DNA from: Pilimelia terevasa
GTDB taxonomy: Bacteria; Actinomycetota; Actinomycetes; Mycobacteriales; Micromonosporaceae
DNA: 32,000 bases
Assembly: GCF_014647915.1 (NCBI RefSeq)
Contig: NZ_BMQC01000003.1
Span: 315,800-347,799, forward strand
Direction: 5' to 3'
Both the position numbers and the translations under genes were made by a program. Shown here piece after piece: positions 8,082 through 15,507 of the stretch; within the stretch, counting starts at the first letter, position 1, and each line of letters begins with the position of its first letter. The notes beneath the pieces are model-generated. The model did not search any database. It was not told the origin of the DNA and saw nothing but the letters and a program-made list of their open reading frames with translations.

Positions 8082-9492
8082 GGCTCACCGCCCGGTGGGT
8101 GCTGGCCGGCCGCGGGGACGGCACGGAGGTCGGTACGGCGTCGCGGGTGCCCCACTTGCCGTCGCGGATGCGTAGGAGTGCCCAGAGAAGCTGCGGCGAG
8201 AAGGCGATGTAGAAGAACGCGCCGAGAAACGCGTACGGCCACAGCCCGTCGTTGCGCAGCGCCCGGTACAACAACGAGTAAGCCCCCGAAATGAGGTACA
8301 ACCCGACGAAGTACACGACCGGAAAACGCCCGTGCGTGAGCGGCTGGATGAGGCTGTACAGCAGCACCAGCGGGCTGAGCAGCCCGGCCAGCGTCTGCAC
8401 GGCGACCGCCGGCAGCGCCCGGGTGCGCGACCGCCAGATGTGCCCCAGCAGCAGCGGACCCTCCCGCGACCAGGACTTCTTCCAGCGAAGCTGCTGGCGG
8501 AAGAACTTGCCGTACTCCTCGGGCGCGTCGGTGTGGGCCTTGGCGCGCGAGTCGTACTTGGCGGTCCAGCCGGCCTTGAGGATCCGGTTGGTCAGCGCCC
8601 GGTCGTCCCCGTACGTGCACTCCACGCCCAGGAACCGCTGGTGCTCCCACTCCTCCAGCAGCGGCAGGACGGCCTCGCGGCGGTACGCGGCGAAGCAGCC
8701 CGAGCAGCAGGTGACCGCCCCGAGCACCGACTCGGCGCTCTTGAGGAGCTGGAACGAGATGTAGTACCGGGTGGCCTGCATCCGGGTCAGGGTGTTGGCG
8801 AACGCGTTGCGGACGAAGGTCAGGCCGGAGATCGCCCCGACCCGGCGGTCGTCGAAGCCCTGCACGAGGTGCCGGATCGCGTCGGGCTCCGGCATCGAGT
8901 CGGAGTCGACGAACACCAGGATCTCGGCCGTGGTGGCCCGGATCCCGGCCGCCATGGCGGCCCGCTTGCCCTGGTTGCTGCCCAGGTCGATGCAGCGGAC
9001 CGCCCCGGCGGGGTAGAGCTGCGCGGCGGCGTTCATCTGCTGCCACGTGTCGTCGGACGAGCCGTCGTTGACCACGACCAGCTCCAGCTTGTGGCCGGGG
9101 TAGTCGAGCTGGCGGCAGGAGTGGATCGTCCGCGCGACGGCCTCCCCCTCGTTGAACGCGGGCACCACGATCGCCACGGCGGGCTCCAGGCCGACGTTGC
9201 GCGGCGGCCGGTAGAACAGCGCCAGCCCGAAGCGGCTGAGCACGTACCCGGTGACGACGATCGTGTACCCGGCGGCGAACAGGTCGCCGCGCAGGTACGC
9301 GACCTTGACGCCGAGGTGCCAGGCGATCAGCGCGCAGATGCCGCCGACCGCCAGGAGCGCGGCGACGGCGACCGGGCCGGTGCGGTCCGGTCGCCCGTCG
9401 CCGCGGGCGCGCGGGGCGCCGAAGGGGAGGGATTCGGGGTGGGGGTCGCGGGCGACCGGAGTGGGCGGCCCGTCGGAGGAGCGTTGATACAC
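8074..9492 (-). CDS. processive family-2 glycosyltransferase, class I hyaluronan synthase / NodC / chitin-synthase-like
   Basis: GTG at 9492. Multi-TM N- and C-termini. Motifs: VVPAFNE, VVNDGSSDDT, NQGKR, VFVDSDS, CCSGCFAAYRRE, YGDDRALTN, QQLRWKKSW (QxxRW), C-terminal KWGTR. Colinear with S. pyogenes HasA as I remember it. Confidence 0.9.
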   Translation of the reverse strand: MYQRSSDGPPTPVARDPHPESLPFGAPRARGDGRPDRTGPVAVAALLAVGGICALIAWHLGVKVAYLRGDLFAAGYTIVVTGYVLSRFGLALFYRPPRNVGLEPAVAIVVPAFNEGEAVARTIHSCRQLDYPGHKLELVVVNDGSSDDTWQQMNAAAQLYPAGAVRCIDLGSNQGKRAAMAAGIRATTAEILVFVDSDSMPEPDAIRHLVQGFDDRRVGAISGLTFVRNAFANTLTRMQATRYYISFQLLKSAESVLGAVTCCSGCFAAYRREAVLPLLEEWEHQRFLGVECTYGDDRALTNRILKAGWTAKYDSRAKAHTDAPEEYGKFFRQQLRWKKSWSREGPLLLGHIWRSRTRALPAVAVQTLAGLLSPLVLLYSLIQPLTHGRFPVVYFVGLYLISGAYSLLYRALRNDGLWPYAFLGAFFYIAFSPQLLWALLRIRDGKWGTRDAVPTSVPSPRPASTHRAVSHV

Positions 9493-9502
9493 GGTGGCGC
9501 CC

Positions 9503-10810
9503 TTACAGTGTGGAGACGTGCGGGGCTGGGGCGAAGCGGTTCCGGGTGTCGAGCAGCCGCGTCGCGGCGGCGCTGATGGCCGGGTAGTCGAACGCGTCGT
9601 GGTCGGTCACGAGCACGCAGAGGTCGGCGCGGGCGGCGGCGGCGACGATGTCGCCCGGGGCGACCGGCTTGACGCCGGGGAACTCGCGGGCGAGCCGCAC
9701 CGGCAGGTCCCGCACCAGCGGGTCGGCGACCGAGACGGCGGCCCCGCCCCGGACGAGCTGCTCGATCAGCCCGGTGGTGGGCGTCTCCCGGGTGTCGCCG
9801 CTGTTCGGCTTGTACGCCAGGCCCAGCACCAGCACGTGCGCCCCGTTGACGGCCATCCGCCCGTCGTTGAGCTGCTCGACGATGCGCTGGTAGACGTACC
9901 GCGGCTGGTCGGCGTTGACCCGCATGGCAAGGTCCACGAAGTCGAACCGGCGGCCGAGCGTGCGCTCGATCCGGTCCGACAGGTACGCCGGGTCGACGGG
10001 CAGGCAGTGGCCGCCGACCCCCGGGCCGGGGTTGAACCGCTGGTAGCCGTACGGCTTGCTGGCGGCGGCGTCCAGCACGTCCCAGATGGAGACGTGCAGC
10101 GCGTGCGCGTGCCGGCTCAGCTCGTTGACCAGGGCGATGTTGACGTGCCGGTAGGTGTTCTCCAGCAGCTTGGCCATCTCCGCGGTGGCGGCGCTGGGGC
10201 AGGCGACGACGGTGTCGCAGATGCCCGAGTAGAAGCTCTCGGTGGCCCGGCGGCTGGCCGAGTTCACGCCGGAGACCAGCTTCGGGGTGTTGCCGAAGTG
10301 CCAGGTGGCGTTGCCCGGGTCGATCCGCTCCGGCGAGAACCCGACGAGCAGGTCGCCGTCCTCCACGGTGATGCCGGCCGCGTTGCGCTCCAGGGCCTCG
10401 CGGAACTCGCCGTCGGTGGTGCCCGGGGCGACGGTCGACTCCAGGACCACGAGGCAGCCGGGGCGCAGGTGCGCGGCGAGGTCCCCCGCGGCGGCCAGGA
10501 CCGCGGTCAGGTCGGGGCGGTCCTCGCGCAGCGGCGTCGGCACCGTCACCAGCGCGACGTCGAAGCCGGCCAGGTCGCGGGCGTCGCGCGTGGGCAGGTA
10601 CCGGCCCGTGCCGAGCAGGCCGCTGACGTCCCCGTCGGTGAGGTCGTCGATCGGCGAGACGCCGGAGCGCAGCGCCTCGATCTTCGCGACGTCGATGTCG
10701 TACCCGACGACGGTGTGCCCGGCCTCGACGGCGGCCCGGGCGGCCGGGAGGCCGACGTAGCCCTGGCCGACCACGGCGACCCGGGACAGCGAGGGTGGTG
10801 TGCACTTCAT
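9503..10810 (-). CDS. nucleotide-sugar 6-dehydrogenase, WecC/WbpA/WbpO/TviB-like (UDP-N-acetylhexosamine dehydrogenase type)
   Basis: ATG at 10810 with a GGAAGGG Shine-Dalgarno upstream. Rossmann motif VVGQGYVGLP. Also FSPERIDPGN, TAEMAKLLENTYRHVNIALVNEL, NPGPGVGGHCLPVDP. The track ORF start at 10951 is upstream in non-coding-looking sequence. Confidence 0.9.
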   Translation of the reverse strand: MKCTPPSLSRVAVVGQGYVGLPAARAAVEAGHTVVGYDIDVAKIEALRSGVSPIDDLTDGDVSGLLGTGRYLPTRDARDLAGFDVALVTVPTPLREDRPDLTAVLAAAGDLAAHLRPGCLVVLESTVAPGTTDGEFREALERNAAGITVEDGDLLVGFSPERIDPGNATWHFGNTPKLVSGVNSASRRATESFYSGICDTVVACPSAATAEMAKLLENTYRHVNIALVNELSRHAHALHVSIWDVLDAAASKPYGYQRFNPGPGVGGHCLPVDPAYLSDRIERTLGRRFDFVDLAMRVNADQPRYVYQRIVEQLNDGRMAVNGAHVLVLGLAYKPNSGDTRETPTTGLIEQLVRGGAAVSVADPLVRDLPVRLAREFPGVKPVAPGDIVAAAARADLCVLVTDHDAFDYPAISAAATRLLDTRNRFAPAPHVSTL

Positions 10811-11329
10811 GGCCGCAGCCCTTCCAGAAGGAGTCCAGATTGGAGACAAGCAAGGGCACCCATTGACCGATATCGGCAAATGCCCGAATTGTCCATGCGG
10901 TGGACTAACGCGAGGAGGACGGAAGTGGCACGGATCGGCGACACAAAGCAACTTCGGAGCTAGGTCAATCAGGGTCGCCGCTTCGTTACCGAACCGTGCG
11001 CCCGAACGTCGTACAAACAGTCACCGAACGGGCCATATCGACACCTCCTGGCCTGGTCAGACGCCCTCTGGCCCATCGGTTACGGGAACCGCACGGACGA
11101 GGGAGGCGACGACCCCGGACGGGGGAAGCGAATTCACCCGTGGCGGCCGCGCGGGACGGTGCCCTGAAGGCCCACGACCCCGGCACGTCCGGCCCCGCGC
11201 GCGGGCCGCCCGGCCGGCGTCGGGGCGGCCGTCCGGTCGACGTCCACTGCGGACCGGGCCGACCCGGCCCCACCCTGCCGGATGCGCCGGACGGCGCCAG
11301 TGCCGGAGGTCCCGCCCCGGCCCCGCCCG

Positions 11330-12991
11330 TCACCGCGCCGCGGCGGCGGCGACGCAGGCGTGCAGCGGGGTCCACCAGTACAGCCGGGTGCCGCGGGGCC
11401 GCGTCCGGGCGACGACGAACCCGCCGCCGTGCCGGTCGGCGCGCTCGGCCAGGTTCACCAGGCCGCTGCGGGCGTCCGCCGGGTCGATGCCCACGCCGTC
11501 GTCGGTGACGGTCAGGCTGACCCGGTCCGCGACCTCGACGACCACCTCGACGGCGCCGCAGCCGGCGTGCCGGGTCACGTTCGACAGGGCCTCCTGGAGC
11601 ACCGCGAGCAGGTCCGCCCGGACGGCGTCGGGGACCGCGCTGTCGACCGGCCCGCGGATCTCGATCCGCGGGGCGAACCCCAGGCTCGCGGCGGCCGCGC
11701 GGATGATCTCGTACAGCTCGCCGCGCAGCGCGCCGCACGGCGGCCGGCGCAGCTCGAAGATCGTCCGCCGGATGTCGCGGATGGTGGCATCCAGGTCGTC
11801 CACCGCGGCGTCGATGCGCTGGCGCACGGTCCGGGCGGCCAGCAGGCCCGCGCTCTGCAACTGCAGGCCGGTGGCGAACAGCCGCTGGATCACCACGTCG
11901 TGCAGGTCGCGGGCGATCCGTCCGCGGTCCTCCAGGACGGCGAGCAGCTCCCGCTCCTCCTGCGCCCGGACCCGCTCCATCGCGAGCGCCGCCTGCGCCG
12001 CGAAGCTGGCCAGCAGGGGCAGGTCCTCCGGCGGCTGGGCGGCGGCGTCCGCCGCCCGGGCGACCACCAGCACGCCGTGCAGCGTGTCGCCGGCCGCCAG
12101 CGGCGACACCACCGCCGGGCAGGAGCCCACGGGGACCGGCCACGGCGCCGCCCGACCCAGGTCCTCGACGACGACCTGGCGACGGCTGATCACCACGTCG
12201 GCGACGGCGGTGCCCGCGGCGGGCAGCACGGCGCCGGTCAGTCCGGCGACCACGCCCCCGGGGTGGTCGGCCACCTCGACGGTGAACTGGCCGCCGTCCT
12301 CGTCGTAGAGCAGCACGATCGCCCACTCGGCCTCGGCCACCTCCCGGGCGCGCCGCGCCACGAGCGTCAGCGCGTCGGTCCGGCGGACCGTGCCCAGCAG
12401 CAGCGAGGTGATCTCGGCGGTGGCCGCCAGCCACCGCTCCCGGCGGCTGGCCGCGGCGTACAGGCGGGCGTTCTCGATGGCGACTCCGGCCGCGGCGGCG
12501 AGCGCGACCAGTACCTCCTCGTCGTCGTCGGTGAAGCCCGCGCCGCCGCGCTTCTCGCCCAGGTAGAGGTTGCCGTAGAGGGCGCCGCCCACCCAGACCG
12601 GCACGCCCAGGACCGGCAGGATCCCCCCGGCGGCGGGGCCGCCCGCCGCCGGGGGGCTGTCGAAGCCCGGGTGGGCGGACCCGTCGGTGGCGTACGTGAC
12701 GAGGTGGACCGGCTGGCCGGGCGCCCCGAGGACGGCGAACGCCCCGTACCGGGCGTCCACCAGGTCGCAGGCCGCTTCGGTGATCCGCCGCAGCGTCATC
12801 CGAAGATCCAATCGCGAGCTGATACTGGCCACCACCGCGTCCAGCAGCGAACGCAGGCAGTCCCGACTGAGCCGCACGTCGCCCACCCGGCTCAACATCC
12901 CGTGCAGCAGCGCGTCCGTCCGCGCGCGGGACAGCGGGGTCAGCGCGAGCGACAGCGCGCTGGCGCCGAGAACTCTGGGCTCGACGTTCAC
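11330..12991 (-). CDS. sensor histidine kinase with two GAF domains, HisKA_3 and HATPase_c (DevS/DosS/DosT-like)
   Basis: GTG at 12991. GAF-A: LVDARYGAF...LGVPV...LYLGEK. GAF-B follows. H-box RIARDLHDVVIQRLFATGLQLQ. ATPase: EALSNVTRHA, DDGVGI, GLVNLAERA. The alternative-frame ORF 10986..12995 is rejected. Confidence 0.92.
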   Translation of the reverse strand: MNVEPRVLGASALSLALTPLSRARTDALLHGMLSRVGDVRLSRDCLRSLLDAVVASISSRLDLRMTLRRITEAACDLVDARYGAFAVLGAPGQPVHLVTYATDGSAHPGFDSPPAAGGPAAGGILPVLGVPVWVGGALYGNLYLGEKRGGAGFTDDDEEVLVALAAAAGVAIENARLYAAASRRERWLAATAEITSLLLGTVRRTDALTLVARRAREVAEAEWAIVLLYDEDGGQFTVEVADHPGGVVAGLTGAVLPAAGTAVADVVISRRQVVVEDLGRAAPWPVPVGSCPAVVSPLAAGDTLHGVLVVARAADAAAQPPEDLPLLASFAAQAALAMERVRAQEERELLAVLEDRGRIARDLHDVVIQRLFATGLQLQSAGLLAARTVRQRIDAAVDDLDATIRDIRRTIFELRRPPCGALRGELYEIIRAAAASLGFAPRIEIRGPVDSAVPDAVRADLLAVLQEALSNVTRHAGCGAVEVVVEVADRVSLTVTDDGVGIDPADARSGLVNLAERADRHGGGFVVARTRPRGTRLYWWTPLHACVAAAAAR

Positions 12992-13104
12992 GCACGGATC
13001 GTAGCGATGCTATTACCCGCGGGCCTCGCGCGCACCCGTCGAGTCACCGGTTAGACGCACCCCCACCTGGGCAGGTACCACTGTCGACACATACCCCGCG
13101 GGGG

Positions 13105-13140
13105 CAACCGGCCATGTGGCCCGGGCCGCATGGCCGGTTG
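13105..13140. repeat. 12-bp perfect inverted repeat CAACCGGCCATG / CATGGCCGGTTG with a 12-nt spacer containing GGCCCGGGCC
   Basis: Read directly from the sequence. Lies 114-149 nt upstream of the kinase start (minus strand), in the 535-bp kinase/aminopeptidase divergent intergenic region. GCCCGGGCC recurs at 13140-13148, and a G9 run sits at 13161-13169. Confidence 0.6.
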
Positions 13141-13526
13141 CCCGGGCCGACGGGTGTACCGGGGGGGGGCGCGACGCCACCGCGCGCCGACTTTCCACGG
13201 CGCAATCACCGCGGTGCCGCGGTCCACAACGGATCGGATCGACGCACCCCGCCGGCTCCCGCCGGCACCGCGGCGGAGTCGTCCCCGGCGCCGCCCGCGG
13301 CCGGTACCGGCGGGCGGCCGACGACACGCGGAGCGGCCGCCGGGCGGGGCCGACAACCCGGACCAAGCGGACTATAAGCCGCGAGCACGGTACGCCATTT
13401 ATGGATTTCCATCTATACACGCCCCCGCATGGGACCTACTGTCGAGGACAGTCGCATCGACGGCACTCATAGTCATGTCGTCGGCGGCCCCGACACCCCG
13501 ACCCATCCCGCTCCGACACCCTGGGA

Positions 13527-14462
13527 GTGCCCATGCGCCACCGCCCGCTCGTCGTCGCCGGCCTGGTCGCCGCGCTCAGCGCGACGGCCGTCCTCACCGC
13601 CACCATGGCGCAGGCGGACACCACACCCGTCCGGCTGGTCGCCGCCGACCCGCCGACCATCCCGACCAGCGCCCCGCTCGTGCACATCGGGGACCTCCAG
13701 AAGATCGCCGACGCCAACGGCGGCACCCGCGCCCACGGCCGCCCGGGGCACAAGGCGTCCGTCGAGGCGGTCAAGGCCAAGCTCGACGCGGTCGGCTTCA
13801 AGACCCAGGTCGTGCCGTTCAACCACGCGGGCGCGCAGGGCTGGAACCTCATCGCCGACTGGACGGGCGGCGACGAGAACAACATCCTGATGGTCGGCGC
13901 GCACATCGACAGCGTCACCGCGGGCCCCGGCCTCAACGACAACGGCTCCGGCACCTCCGCCATCCTGGAGGTCGCCCTCCAGGTCGCGAAGGCCAACCTG
14001 AAGCCCACCCGGCACCTGCGCTTCGCGTGGTGGGGCGCCGAGGAGATCGGCCTGATCGGTTCGTCGGCGTACGTGCGCGCCCTGCCCGCCGCCGAGAAGT
14101 CGAAGATCAAGTCGTACCTGAACTTCGACATGGTGGCGACCAAGAAGGTCAAGAAGTGGGGCGTCTACAGCGACGGCGACAAGGCCCTGGCCGCCGAGAT
14201 CAAGGCGTGGTACGACGCGCGCAACGTCCCCACCGTCCCGCTGGACATCAACGGCCGCTCCGACCACGCGGCGTTCACCCGCGCCGGCATCGCCGCCAGC
14301 GGCGTCATCTCCGAGGACAGCCTCAGCAACCTGGACCCGTGCTACCACAAGGCGTGTGACACCCAGACCAGCCTGAGCCCCGACGCCCTGGGCCTGGCGA
14401 CGAACATGATCGCCGGCGTGATGTGGAAGCTCTCCGGCGCCAAGGTGGCCGCCCGCTCCTGA
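13527..14462 (+). CDS. secreted M28-family aminopeptidase (Streptomyces griseus aminopeptidase-like)
   Basis: Signal peptide. Metal-ligand blocks: GAHIDSV, NDNGSG, WWGAEEIGLIGS, NFDM, SDH. The start could be 13527 or 13533. Confidence 0.92.
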   Translation: MPMRHRPLVVAGLVAALSATAVLTATMAQADTTPVRLVAADPPTIPTSAPLVHIGDLQKIADANGGTRAHGRPGHKASVEAVKAKLDAVGFKTQVVPFNHAGAQGWNLIADWTGGDENNILMVGAHIDSVTAGPGLNDNGSGTSAILEVALQVAKANLKPTRHLRFAWWGAEEIGLIGSSAYVRALPAAEKSKIKSYLNFDMVATKKVKKWGVYSDGDKALAAEIKAWYDARNVPTVPLDINGRSDHAAFTRAGIAASGVISEDSLSNLDPCYHKACDTQTSLSPDALGLATNMIAGVMWKLSGAKVAARS

Positions 14463-14505
14463 GGCGCGGTCCCCGGCCCACGGGAGGGCCGGTTCCCACC
14501 GACGA

Positions 14506-14546
14506 GAGAAGGCCCGTCCTACCGAGGGGGTAGGGCGGGCCTTCTC
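14506..14546. terminator. bidirectional terminator-like hairpin between convergent genes
   Basis: 16-bp stem (GAGAAGGCCCGTCCTA / TAGGGCGGGCCTTCTC, one G-T pair) with a 9-nt loop, between stops at 14462 (+) and 14567 (-). Confidence 0.7.
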
Positions 14547-14566
14547 GTGTGCGGCGGTGCGGCGGG

Positions 14567-15163
14567 TCAGCCGACCTGGGCGAAGCCCTCGTCGGGAACG
14601 CTGTCGTACCCGGCGAGCGACTCGGTGTTGTTGACGTCGAGGTCGTACATGGTCTCGACGCGGTAGCCGGCCTTGGCCGGGTTACCGATGCAGCTCAGCG
14701 GGATGGTGATGGTGTGCACCCCGTTGACGAAGTCGCCGTTGCCGGTGCAGGCCGGGGCGTCGGTGTCGGAGGCCGGGAGCTTGTAGACGTCGGCGTAGAT
14801 GTCGCCGTCCTCGTCCAGGCCGTACTCGACGTCGAAGTCCTCCTTGTTGTCACCGTTGGTGTCGATCAGGAAGTCGGTGAGCGAGGACTCGCTCTCCCAG
14901 TTCGGGTCCTCGGCCGGGCTGAGCTGCTTGGCGGTCTTGTAGGTCAGCACCAGGTTGGCACCGGACTTCTTCACGTCCCCGTTGGTGATGTCGGCGTACG
15001 GCGCGTCGACGAGCTCGTCGTCGTCGTTGTAGACGTCGCCCGCCGGGTCGGTCACCGCGACCGGGGCCGCGGGGGTGACCGCGAGCGCCGGGGTGGCGAG
15101 ACCGAGGCCGATGGCCGGAACGGCGACGACGAGCGCCGCGCGCTGCCAGGTCAGGAGCTTCAT
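14567..15163 (-). CDS. secreted acidic hypothetical protein
   Basis: ATG at 15163. Signal peptide MKLLTWQRAALVVAVPAIGLGLATPALA. Asp/Glu-rich mature part with two Cys. High GC3. No family recognised. Confidence 0.7.
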   Translation of the reverse strand: MKLLTWQRAALVVAVPAIGLGLATPALAVTPAAPVAVTDPAGDVYNDDDELVDAPYADITNGDVKKSGANLVLTYKTAKQLSPAEDPNWESESSLTDFLIDTNGDNKEDFDVEYGLDEDGDIYADVYKLPASDTDAPACTGNGDFVNGVHTITIPLSCIGNPAKAGYRVETMYDLDVNNTESLAGYDSVPDEGFAQVG

Positions 15164-15507
15164 GAAGTGTGGTCCCCTCTGAGGTTGCGGTTGCGATCGC
15201 CGACATTACGAATGTCGTCGATATGACACAAGAGGCCGGTGGGCTACTAGTTTTCACGGCCTTTGCCATAGTCCACAAGCGGTACCGACCGAATTGGACG
15301 ACTTTCCCAGCAGATATCCCGCCCCGAGCAACCTCTGCGGGCGAGAATGACGGGCGTCGTCCCGTGCCTGCACTCCCTTCCCGAGCGTTTCCGCCGCGAA
15401 ACCGGCGAGTGACATGGATAACGATCTCTCGGCGCGGCGACCGGGCGGCGGCCGCGCGGCGCGGGAGGATGGCGGACGTACCCGCCGATTACGGAAAGGG
15501 CTCCGGC

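Noticed and set aside
10811-11329. c-di-GMP riboswitch (GEMM-like) upstream of the polysaccharide operon.
   Set aside because: I read the minus strand and could not recognise the conserved GEMM-I or GEMM-II elements. Only cmsearch could settle this, so I do not claim it.
10986-12995. 669-aa ORF in an alternative frame on the same strand as the histidine kinase.
   Set aside because: The 11330..12991 frame carries the GAF, H-box and ATPase motifs. The alternative frame is Arg/Gly/Pro-rich with no motifs.
13116-13472. Several 70-400-aa ORFs on both strands in the kinase/aminopeptidase intergenic region.
   Set aside because: They are Arg/Pro/Gly-rich with no motifs, overlap one another in all frames, and contain the palindromes and the G9 tract. 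I treat the region as non-coding.
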